A DNA stretch of 64,000 nucleotides from NCBI GenBank assembly GCA_963828495.1, contig CAWHFJ010000009.1, positions 298,338 to 362,337 on the forward strand, written 5' to 3'. Positions 19,039-26,978 of this stretch are shown one piece after another. Every line of letters begins with the position of its first letter. Position 1 is the stretch's first letter. Made by a program: the position numbers and the translations under genes. The stretch comes from Candidatus Omnitrophota bacterium (GTDB lineage Bacteria > Omnitrophota > Gorgyraeia > Zapsychrales > Fredricksoniimonadaceae). Under the pieces are notes generated by a model, which worked only from the letters and a program-made list of their open reading frames with translations, searched no databases and was not told the DNA's origin.

Positions 19039-20966
19039 TGTATAGATATCTCCCCCCTGCCGCCTGTCCCTGATGCCTTCTTAAGCGCATGAAGAAATTG
19101 AGGATTGACCGCGTAGCCTAAGGCTTCTGCCCGACGGAGATTATCCCAAGCCTGAGCGTACTCTTTTAACTGATAAAAAACAACAGCCCGGTTATTATAC
19201 GTCTGTGCGAAATCCGGCTCTATGTCTATGGCCCTGTTATAATCAGCCATCGCCTGAAGATGCCGGCCTCCTTTAGCATAGGCATTGCCGCGATTATTAT
19301 ACTCCTGGGCGCTATGTGAGTTGATGGCAATGGCCTTGTTATAATCTGACAACGCTTGGAGCCAGTCGCCTTGACGGGAATAAACAGTCCCGCGATTGTT
19401 ATAGGCATCCGCATAGTCGGGCTTTATGGCAATGGCCTGGCTATAATCAGCTATCGCGCCGGGTAAATTGCCTTGATGGAATAAAGCGGCGCCTCGGTTG
19501 TTATAGACTTCTGCCCAGTTAGTGCTTAAGGCAATGGCTTTACTATAATCAGCTATGGCTTGAGCAAACCTGCCTTGGCTGGCATAAACAACCCCTCGAT
19601 TGTCATAGGCATTGACATATTCAGGATTTATGGCAATGGCCTTGTCGTAATCCGCTATGGCTTGAATAAAGTGGCCTTGCGCGTAATGCCCAAGGCCACG
19701 ATTATTGTAGGCTCTCGCTTTATGCGGAGACCTGCGCACGACATCTTCCCATAAGACAAGATCATTCTTCCAGACTTTATTGCGCTGGAAGGCGGCCATC
19801 GCCAATAGCGCGATCATACACCCTACGATCCCCAACACTAGGGTGCGTCTATGGCTTAGCATCGAGACCGCCGCCACCGCCGCCACAAAGAACCCGAATG
19901 AAATAAGATACAATTTATGCTCAAAGATCACATTGGCCCGGGGCGCCAAATTGGCAGAAAATGTGATCAGCATCCAGGCCAAACCAAAAGCTATTAAAGG
20001 CACACTCCGACGCAGCTTGATGATCAAACCGATCATACTGCCCATCACACATAATCCCACCAAGGTCAATGGCGGAGAAAGGAGTCCTGTGGAGACAGGA
20101 TAATCATAATCCAAATTCTGATGGATAGGTAACACCAACAGACGCAGAAAGGTCAAAAAGACCCTCATTTGAGTCAACACATAACGTGCCGGAGTCAACA
20201 TGTCCCCGTCGTGGGATTCGGAAAGTACTGATTGTGAAAAAACACTGAACCCCTGCTGTCCCATTTTGGTAAACAGCCCATACAATAAAACCCCGGCAAC
20301 CGCTAAAACAATATACAACGTCTTATTGTCCTTTTTAGGAAAGAGTATCCACTCTCCGGCCAGCATCATCGCCGGCACGGTAATGACCACTTCCTTGGTC
20401 ATAAGGCCAAAAACAGCTAAAAGCCCTGAGAGCCCAAATAATCTGATTTTATTGACCCTGTCCCCCGCCAGACGTGCGCTCAGATAGCAGTACATGGTCC
20501 CCAAATAAAACACCGTCGCCATAGATTCGAAACGCTGTGAAATATAACTCACGGCTTGGGTTTGGCAGGGGTGGACTAAAAAAAGGACCGCTATCATAAA
20601 GGGGAGTTCTTTGCTGAGGCGGTCTTGTGCGGGAAACCATTTGATTGTTTGAAACAACAGCCCCGCCAAAGCCCACACCAGCCCTGTCGCCGCCAGATGC
20701 ACGATAAAATTGAAAATGTGATAGCCCTGCGGATGGATTTGATTGAAATAATAATTGAGCGCAAAAGAATACATGCCCATCAAACGGGTCATGGGAAAAA
20801 AATGCCAGATGAGCGGAATGCGGCTGAAATCTTTAATGTAGAGATTATTAACAACGAAGGCACTGTCATCAAATACAAAACCAAAGGAAAACGTCTGGCC
20901 GTAAATCAAAAGCCCTATCAGAACAAGTACGGACCATCGCAGAAGATAATATAGAAAACTGGTCAC
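19035..20966 (-). CDS. TMTC/PMT-like GT-C glycosyltransferase with 6 C-terminal TPRs (paralog 2)
   Basis: ORF 19035..21026. The likely start is the GTG at 20966, which forms a GTGA overlap with the upstream stop and matches the length of paralog 1. About 390 aa are identical to paralog 1, followed by a diverged TPR array. Confidence 0.65.
   Translation of the reverse strand: MTSFLYYLLRWSVLVLIGLLIYGQTFSFGFVFDDSAFVVNNLYIKDFSRIPLIWHFFPMTRLMGMYSFALNYYFNQIHPQGYHIFNFIVHLAATGLVWALAGLLFQTIKWFPAQDRLSKELPFMIAVLFLVHPCQTQAVSYISQRFESMATVFYLGTMYCYLSARLAGDRVNKIRLFGLSGLLAVFGLMTKEVVITVPAMMLAGEWILFPKKDNKTLYIVLAVAGVLLYGLFTKMGQQGFSVFSQSVLSESHDGDMLTPARYVLTQMRVFLTFLRLLVLPIHQNLDYDYPVSTGLLSPPLTLVGLCVMGSMIGLIIKLRRSVPLIAFGLAWMLITFSANLAPRANVIFEHKLYLISFGFFVAAVAAVSMLSHRRTLVLGIVGCMIALLAMAAFQRNKVWKNDLVLWEDVVRRSPHKARAYNNRGLGHYAQGHFIQAIADYDKAIAINPEYVNAYDNRGVVYASQGRFAQAIADYSKAIALSTNWAEVYNNRGAALFHQGNLPGAIADYSQAIAIKPDYADAYNNRGTVYSRQGDWLQALSDYNKAIAINSHSAQEYNNRGNAYAKGGRHLQAMADYNRAIDIEPDFAQTYNNRAVVFYQLKEYAQAWDNLRRAEALGYAVNPQFLHALKKASGTGGRGEISIQ
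19742..20919. repeat. Copy 2 of the 1178-bp perfect direct repeat
   Basis: See copy 1. Off-frame ORF translations on both strands are also identical between the copies. Confidence 0.9.
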
Positions 20967-21625
20967 TTGCCTGTCGTTGTCGGTACGGTTGGGACTGTTG
21001 GAGGAATCTGCCCGCTCTGCTCCCATTGCTTGCGTGCGGCAAGCAGCTGCGCTCTGATCTGCGCCGCTGTTTGGGTGTCTCCGTTTTTGACTGCGGCACC
21101 CAGCGCAAAGAAAAGCGGTAGCTGGCTCTGCCTAAATTGCTCTTCTTGGGCGTGTCGGGCGGCCTGTCCCGGATGTGCCTGCAACCATGCTTGCTTGTTA
21201 GCCCTTATTTGAGCAAACCTCTGCTGCGCATTAGCGGCCAATTGACCCTGAAGTTGCTGGGCTGTTTTGGTATCCCCGCGGTCGGTCGCATCTTGTAGTT
21301 GAATTTTAAGCTGCATCTGCGCGTTAGCCCACTGGTCATTGGGATTATTCGACGGCGCCGGCGGATGGGCCTTGGCCCAGGCAATCTTTTGGGAGTGGAG
21401 CACTGCCATCTCCTGAAGAATCATCGCGTTCTCTTGGGCCTTAAGCTGCTGGGCTAAGGGTTGATTCCCGCTTTGTATGGCCTGCTTGATCTGGTCCCGT
21501 AGCTGTTGTAATTGTTGTTTAAATGCCTGCGCGTTAGGTGGAGAGCCTGGTGAAGTCTGGGCCAAAGAGACACTTGTGAAAATCGTCGCTAATCCCACAA
21601 GAAATAATATCTTTTTTAATTGCAT
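20963..21625 (-). CDS. Secreted Gln/Ala-rich repeat protein with a Thr/Pro-rich C-terminal tail
   Basis: Signal peptide MQLKKILFLVGLATIFTSVSLA. Three ~60-aa internal repeats (..TAQQLxxQL..K.AW..AHP..). The C-terminus is PPTVPTVPTTTGK. It is the first gene of a 4-gene chain. Confidence 0.55.
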   Translation of the reverse strand: MQLKKILFLVGLATIFTSVSLAQTSPGSPPNAQAFKQQLQQLRDQIKQAIQSGNQPLAQQLKAQENAMILQEMAVLHSQKIAWAKAHPPAPSNNPNDQWANAQMQLKIQLQDATDRGDTKTAQQLQGQLAANAQQRFAQIRANKQAWLQAHPGQAARHAQEEQFRQSQLPLFFALGAAVKNGDTQTAAQIRAQLLAARKQWEQSGQIPPTVPTVPTTTGK

Positions 21626-21691
21626 AGTATTCTCCCTTTGATTATGATATCGCTATTCTACTACTGTTTTAAATGCTGTACAAGTTTCCTT

Positions 21692-22330
21692 ATGGAAATT
21701 ATTAAAGACTTTATAAATACCTTCCTGCACCTTGACCAGTCTATTTCCATCGTTACTGCCCACTGGGGCGCATGGACTTATGTTCTTGTCTTTGTCATTA
21801 TTTTCTCTGAAACAGGGCTGGTCGTCACCCCTTTTTTACCGGGGGATTCCCTGCTTTTTGTGTTAGGCGCGTTAGCGGCCGACGGAAATCTCCACTTAAT
21901 GCTACTGATTCTGGTGTTATCTGCGGCTGCCGTTAGCGGTAACATGGTCAACTACACTATCGGCGGCCTCTTGGCAGAGCGTGTGATCAACCGTCAACAT
22001 ATCCCTTTTGTCAAACAAGTCTATATTCAGCGCACACATACCTTCTTTGAAAAATACGGCGCCAAGACTATTGTCATTACGCGATTTGTTCCCATCATAC
22101 GCACCTTCGCTCCTTTTTTAGCAGGAGTGGGCAGCATGCCTTACGGAAAATTTACGACTTATAATACTATTGGCGGGGTGCTCTGGGTACTGGTGGGGAC
22201 TTTAAGCGGGTATTTCTTCGGCAACCTGCCTTTCGTGCGCCAAAACTTCTCTCTGGTCATTTTGGCCATTGTGGTTATTTCTCTGATCCCTGCCGCTTGT
22301 GAATTACTTAAACACAAAAACCACCGCTAA
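21692..22330 (+). CDS. dedA: DedA/SNARE-associated family membrane protein
   Basis: DedA signature (ETGLVVTPFLPGDSLLF, RFVPIIRTFAPFLAGV). The start is taken at MEIIKDF; ORF-track start is 21620. Confidence 0.75.
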   Translation: MEIIKDFINTFLHLDQSISIVTAHWGAWTYVLVFVIIFSETGLVVTPFLPGDSLLFVLGALAADGNLHLMLLILVLSAAAVSGNMVNYTIGGLLAERVINRQHIPFVKQVYIQRTHTFFEKYGAKTIVITRFVPIIRTFAPFLAGVGSMPYGKFTTYNTIGGVLWVLVGTLSGYFFGNLPFVRQNFSLVILAIVVISLIPAACELLKHKNHR

Positions 22331-22332
22331 AA

Positions 22333-22821
22333 TCATTGCTGCTCTTCGTGCTCTTGGGCGTCGTGGATCTTCTCATGTTCAAGTTTATGTTTATGCATCA
22401 AGGCGGTAAACTCTGAAAACTGTTGGGGCGTCAAAATACTCCTGACCGCAAGGACGGAATTAAGCCGGTCATCCGCCATTTGAGATTCCAGCGCTTTAAG
22501 TCGGCTATGAAGTTCATGGATTTTATTCATATCCAGCTGCGGCTTCATCAATTCCTGTTGAAAAACTTGTCTATACGCTTTCCCTTGTTCCCGGATAGCT
22601 TTCATTCGAGCGCGATGCTGCATTTTATTGTCTTCCAATTGTTTTTTTTGAATTTCTGTCAAATGAAGCTGACTGTAAATTTCCTGAATGCCTCCGCCGC
22701 CATGCCTCCATGTGGGAGAGGACACCTCAGCCTCCGGGGAGCCTTCCGCGTGCACCCAAGCCGTCGCGCCAAAAACACAAAGCCATAGGCCGCTGAATAA
22801 AACTATTCTTAACTGTGTCAT
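22333..22821 (-). CDS. Periplasmic Spy/CpxP/ZraP-family (LTxxQ) protein with a His-rich tail
   Basis: Signal peptide MTQLRIVLFSGLWLCVFGATAWVHA. Two LTxxQ motifs (LTEIQ, LTPQQ). The C-terminus is HKHKLEHEKIHDAQEHEEQQ. The start forms an ATGA overlap with the sigma-factor stop. Confidence 0.65.
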   Translation of the reverse strand: MTQLRIVLFSGLWLCVFGATAWVHAEGSPEAEVSSPTWRHGGGGIQEIYSQLHLTEIQKKQLEDNKMQHRARMKAIREQGKAYRQVFQQELMKPQLDMNKIHELHSRLKALESQMADDRLNSVLAVRSILTPQQFSEFTALMHKHKLEHEKIHDAQEHEEQQ

Positions 22822-23381
22822 AGAAGACCCTTTCCTTGAAGATTGCCTTTTAAAGACAATAATTTCTCCCTGGCCCTTTTCAACCTTGAACGCACCGTAT
22901 TGATGTTGATTTTTAAAGCTTGGGCAATTTCCTGATAACTTAACCCCTCGATGTTGCGCAACACGACGCACGCCCTCTGGTCAGGGGAAATTTCTCCTAA
23001 AAGATGCTCGACGAGACGGCTTTGGTAGTCCTGATTCATATGCGCCTCAACCTCACTGGGAGCGGGAGAGACACCCTCACCCCAGGCTTCATCAAAGGCC
23101 ACTGTTTTTGTTCTGGAAGCTTTTTTGGCAAAATTAATCGCATAATTAGCTGTGATCCTGTACACCCAAGTTTTGAAAGAAGATTCAAAACGAAAACTTT
23201 TCAGTTTATTGTAAATAATTAAAAAGACCTCTTGGGTCACTTCCCTGGCATCTTCCGTGTTATTGACGACACGTAACGCCACGTTATAAACAAAACTTGA
23301 GCTTGCCTTATACACCTCCTCAAAGGCCTGCACATCTCCTTGAGACGCCCTGACTAAAACATCTTCACTGATCTGGTCCAT
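22818..23381 (-). CDS. ECF-type RNA polymerase sigma-70 factor
   Basis: Region 2 (VYNVALRVVNNTEDAREVTQEVF, WVYRITANYAINF) and a region 4 HTH (LSYQEIAQALKININTVRSRLKRAREKL). Confidence 0.85.
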   Translation of the reverse strand: MDQISEDVLVRASQGDVQAFEEVYKASSSFVYNVALRVVNNTEDAREVTQEVFLIIYNKLKSFRFESSFKTWVYRITANYAINFAKKASRTKTVAFDEAWGEGVSPAPSEVEAHMNQDYQSRLVEHLLGEISPDQRACVVLRNIEGLSYQEIAQALKININTVRSRLKRAREKLLSLKGNLQGKGLL

Positions 23382-23385
23382 TCGG

Positions 23386-23775
23386 CTAATCCCCGCCGGT
23401 CAAATAACGATTCAAAATTCTACCGTCTTCGGCATCAGCTAATTTTAAAATATTCTCTTCCATCCATTGGACCCATGCAGGCCTAAGGGTCTCTTCAGAT
23501 AAAAATCTCACTCCGCATCGATAGCACGCTTCCTCTTCCCCCCTCTGTCTGCTAAACCATGTCAAATGACCTTGGGATGGGAAAGAAGGTATCTCGGCAA
23601 CCCTGAAACATATGACTAGCTTATGTTCAGGAACAAACAATTTATCCGTTGTAAACAACATCCCCTCTAGGCTAATATTAAAAATTCTTCCTTCCCCTCC
23701 TGTTTTTTGGTCGGGGATAGACCAGGTCACATCCAATTGTTTGCGCAATCGAAAACTTTGGCGGTGATCAATCAT
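23386..23775 (-). CDS. PilZ-domain protein (canonical c-di-GMP-binding motifs)
   Basis: RxxxR (RQSFR) and NxSxxG (NISLEG) motifs. AGGAGG lies 5 nt upstream of the ATG at 23775. The ORF-track start at 23808 lies inside a tRNA-derived repeat. Confidence 0.75.
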   Translation of the reverse strand: MIDHRQSFRLRKQLDVTWSIPDQKTGGEGRIFNISLEGMLFTTDKLFVPEHKLVICFRVAEIPSFPSQGHLTWFSRQRGEEEACYRCGVRFLSEETLRPAWVQWMEENILKLADAEDGRILNRYLTGGD

Positions 23776-23795
23776 GTGGCCTCCTACAAATAAAA

Positions 23796-23814
23796 AATTG
23801 CCTCGCATGGACTC
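23796..23814 (-). repeat. 19-nt perfect copy of the tRNA-Gln 3' end (pseudo-tRNA fragment)
   Basis: AATTGCCTCGCATGGACTC occurs at 23796..23814 and at 24016..24034. Upstream, GGTTC plus a 14-nt hairpin insert mimics the T-loop. Confidence 0.7.
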
Positions 23815-24017
23815 CGGCCTTCGGCCTAGAACCAGTTGTTCGCCTCACTAAAGTTCGGTCTCACGCCTCAAGGGAAACCTAACGGTTTCCCTTTGACGCT
23901 CCTCGCTACGCTTCGTCGCTGTTACCCTTCCCTTAATCCTATCCGCGTAGTTGGGGAAAACAATCTTTTCCCCAAACCCCTTTTTTGGTTCTCGTTCAAG
24001 CCGATAAATAATTTTAA

Positions 24018-24088
24018 TTGCCTCGCATGGACTCGAACCATGATACCGAGATCCAGAATCTCGTGTCCTACCATTAGACGACAAGGCA
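24018..24088 (-). tRNA. tRNA-Gln (anticodon CUG)
   Basis: Manual cloverleaf: acceptor TGCCTTG/CGAGGCA, anticodon arm CGAGA-TTCTGGA-TCTCG, T arm CATGG-TTCGAGT-CCATG. No encoded CCA. Confidence 0.9.
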
Positions 24089-24092
24089 GTAT

Positions 24093-25368
24093 TTATTTAA
24101 ATGTTTCTCTCAAGCGGCGGATGGTCTTGGGTTGCCCTAAAATGACCATGGTATCAAATAACCCCGGCCCGACGGCACGGCCGGTCAATGCCACCCTCAC
24201 CGGATGGACTAAAGCCCCTGCCTCAATACCTAATTGGGCAATCACCCCGCGAAAAGCTTCTTCTGCTGTTTTAGTATTAAAATCGGTGACAGTACTTAAA
24301 GCTTGCGCCAATAAGTCAAATTCCCTGGACATGTCCTGGGACAAATGTTGGGCTCTGAGGTCTTCTTGAACATGCACCCGCTCGCTAAATATAAAATCCG
24401 TCCAATCCAGGAAATCCGCAAGAGTGCTCATGCGTCCCTTGAACAATTGCACCATCTGCTCAAATTCACCTCTAGGCGGCAGAGTGACGTCGGGATATTT
24501 GGCCACCACCATCGGAAGAAGGGCATCAGCCAATTTGCGCCGTGTCTGCTTCTTTAATATATTGGCCATTGAGCCACTTGAGCTTATCCAAAGAAAACGC
24601 GGCTCCGGCCTTATTTATCTTTTTAATAGAAAACGCCTTAAGGGCCGAAGCCATGGTGATTTTTTCCTGATTATTCCCGGGCGACCAGCCTAAAAGCATC
24701 AAATAGTTAACAATAGCCTCCGGTAAAAACCCCTGGGTACGGTATTCTGTGACTGCCGTCGCACCGGCACGCTTGGACATGCGCCCGCCCTCGGGGTCCA
24801 ATATTAAAGGCAGGTGGGCAAACTTGGGGATCTTAAAACCCAGAGCTTCATAAATCAAAATCTGCTTAGGGGTATTGGAAATATGGTCTTCCCCGCGGAT
24901 GACACAGGAAATTGCCATCAAAGCATCGTCGACAACACAAGCAAAACTATAGGTCGGTGACCCGTCGGACTTCATCAACACCTGGTCTTTGATTTCTTGG
25001 GTATCGACGACGATCTCCCCGCGGATGACGTCATACATTTTGATAGACTTGGGGGGGACTTTCAGGACAATGGCTTCTCCCTCCTTGTAAGCCTTGCCTT
25101 CCGTCAACAGTTGGTGGGCATATTGTCGGTACAACTCAAAGCGGTCGCTTTGTTTGTAAAATTCATCCCACGTCAACCCCAGCCACTTCATGCTATCAAG
25201 GATTTCCTCAAAATATTCATTCTTGGAACGCACTTGGTCGGTATCTTCAATACGTAAAATGAATTGCCCGCCCTGGGATTTGGCATACATCCAGTTAAAA
25301 AGTGCCGTGCGGGCACCCCCTATATGCAAATACCCCGTTGGGGACGGGGCAAAGCGGACACGAACCAT
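24093..25368 (-). CDS. gltX: Glutamyl-tRNA synthetase, frameshifted as assembled
   Basis: ORFs 24526..25368 (RFAPSPTGYLHIGGARTALFNW, class I HIGH) and 24093..24569 are the two halves. The frame changes near 24555 at ATTAAAGAAG. Confidence 0.88.
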
Positions 25369-25374
25369 TCAGCA

Positions 25375-25728
25375 TTATCCTTTTTTTTCTAAATTGATCA
25401 GTTGGGCAATTTTCTTCTCGAGCAAAATATTCTCAGTCTCGCTTAAAGGCTCAAACTGAATGCCTATGTTATACAGCTTGTTGCTCTGCTCTTGGCAGCG
25501 CACCACAGACCCTTTACACCTAAACGCCATCGTCCCATCATTAAAATCAATTTCAATATCCACTTTCATCCCGACGCCAACATCCCGATTAAGCTCTACA
25601 CACAGCCCTCCCTGCCCAATATCTGCGGCAGTGGTGAATACCGTATCGTAGTGGCCTCCCGTCATCCACAGCGTCAACTGACAAGGATAATTCACGCGCG
25701 GGAATTTTCGTTGACTAGCGTCGGACAT
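25375..25728 (-). CDS. PilZ-domain protein (variant motif)
   Basis: RxxxR (RKFPR) and DIGQGG, which is DxSxxG with Ser replaced by Gly. Single domain, 117 aa. Confidence 0.65.
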   Translation of the reverse strand: MSDASQRKFPRVNYPCQLTLWMTGGHYDTVFTTAADIGQGGLCVELNRDVGVGMKVDIEIDFNDGTMAFRCKGSVVRCQEQSNKLYNIGIQFEPLSETENILLEKKIAQLINLEKKG

Positions 25729-25731
25729 ATC

Positions 25732-26124
25732 TTAAATAAAGGGTTTGGACAGTTCCGTTCCGTTTTTGATCAACTGTTGCAGATTCTTCTGCAAATGATC
25801 GTGGTCTGCTTTGGACATCTGTGTAAATTCAATGCCGATACTATAAAACAAGGGCTTGACGGCTTCGTCGAATTTGCGGCGAACATTCCAGACCACCTTG
25901 CCTTTGGCATGAATGTGCTCGCTCATGTCTAAAAGATCGACTTCCATGGCCACCGGCGTAAAAAGTTTGATTTCCTTCTTTATAATAATGCAAAGGCCGC
26001 CTTGGCCGATGTTTTCCGTATGAGTCAACATCTCTGCCTCTAATTGACCGGCAGATAGTATTTTGACCATACATGGATACATCACTCTGGAGAATTGCCT
26101 GCGGTCCGTTCCTTCCCAAGCCAT
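25732..26124 (-). CDS. PilZ-domain protein (variant motif)
   Basis: RxxxR (RQFSR) and NIGQGG. GGAGGG lies upstream of the ATG at 26124. The ORF-track start at 26166 would overlap ymdB. Confidence 0.65.
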   Translation of the reverse strand: MAWEGTDRRQFSRVMYPCMVKILSAGQLEAEMLTHTENIGQGGLCIIIKKEIKLFTPVAMEVDLLDMSEHIHAKGKVVWNVRRKFDEAVKPLFYSIGIEFTQMSKADHDHLQKNLQQLIKNGTELSKPFI

Positions 26125-26125
26125 A

Positions 26126-26914
26126 TCATCCCTCCGCCACTTGTATGCGGTTAATGCCCCCCGCACGACCAGTTTTAGGATCTATCTGAACTATGGCGCC
26201 CTGTACCGTCGCCCGTGATTGGGCCACCTCAAATTTATGCGGCATGCTGGTCAGGAAGCGATTAATGATTTTTGATTTGTCCTGCCCGATCACTGAGTCA
26301 TCGGGACCACACATGCCCAAATCCGTAATGTACGCCGTGCCTTTAGACAAAATTTTCTCATCGGCGGTTTGTATGTGCGTATGTGTGCCAAAGACACATG
26401 AAACTTTCCCGTCAGCAAAATGGCCCAAGGCCACCTTTTCGCTGGTGGCCTCCGCGTGCATATCCACCATGATCAACGGTGTTTGCCCCTTTATTTGAGC
26501 GACGATGCTATCCAAAGCTAGAAACGGACAAAGAACATTATACCTCATAAAGACGCGGCCCAAAAGATTTATTACACCCACTTGTACACCGTTGGCCGCG
26601 GTGGCGATGGTCCATCCTGCCCCCGGTACGCCATCGGGAAAATTCGCCGGACGTATGATATTTTGAGAATGCGCCTGCAAAAAGTCAAAAATTTCCGGTC
26701 TGTTCCACGCATGGTCCCCCAGCGTGATCACGTCAATCCCAAAGCTTAAAAGTTCCTCGGCATTTTTAGGAATAAGCCCCGAGCCCCCCGAAGCATTCTC
26801 GGCATTGGCAATCACAAAATCGATGCTGCGCTCTTTTTTCAATGACGGCAGGACCTTACGCAGGGCCTCTCGTCCCGGACGGCCGACAATATCACCGATG
26901 CATAATATGTTCAT
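26126..26914 (-). CDS. ymdB: YmdB-family metallophosphoesterase (2',3'-cyclic-nucleotide phosphodiesterase-like)
   Basis: MNILCIGDIVGRPGR...ANAENASGG...GTHTHIQTAD is typical of YmdB. It lies directly downstream of rny, as in Bacillus. Confidence 0.8.
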   Translation of the reverse strand: MNILCIGDIVGRPGREALRKVLPSLKKERSIDFVIANAENASGGSGLIPKNAEELLSFGIDVITLGDHAWNRPEIFDFLQAHSQNIIRPANFPDGVPGAGWTIATAANGVQVGVINLLGRVFMRYNVLCPFLALDSIVAQIKGQTPLIMVDMHAEATSEKVALGHFADGKVSCVFGTHTHIQTADEKILSKGTAYITDLGMCGPDDSVIGQDKSKIINRFLTSMPHKFEVAQSRATVQGAIVQIDPKTGRAGGINRIQVAEG

Positions 26915-26978
26915 GCTCTCCTATCATTCTACTTCGCCTATTCGAAAAGGCCCTATTGCTTCGGCTTCGCAAGGTTTG

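Noticed and set aside
20967-21026. The ATG at 21026 as the start of the second TPR glycosyltransferase
   Set aside because: It would overlap the upstream gene by 64 nt and add a hydrophilic 20-aa extension absent from the paralog. The GTG at 20966, forming a GTGA overlap, is more consistent.
23951-23986. A plus-strand rho-independent terminator (TTGGGGAAAA-CAATC-TTTTCCCCAA followed by a T run)
   Set aside because: The T run is separated from the stem by 6 nt. No plus-strand gene lies upstream to terminate, so it is reported only as a hairpin within the structured spacer.
23815-24017. A c-di-GMP riboswitch upstream of the PilZ gene
   Set aside because: The idea was attractive given the PilZ context. 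I could not align the region to the conserved GEMM-I features as I remember them (GCAAA-type receptor, ACGCAAAGCC core), nor to class II. It is left as an unassigned structured spacer.
23796-24034. An intact integrated prophage or genomic island at tRNA-Gln
   Set aside because: The att-like 19-nt direct repeats are only 220 bp apart. No integrase or cargo gene lies between them, so at most this is a remnant.
23836-24369. 177-aa plus-strand ORF
   Set aside because: It runs across tRNA-Gln and antisense to the gltX C-terminus. It has no RBS and an implausible composition, so it is an artefact of the opposite-strand genes.
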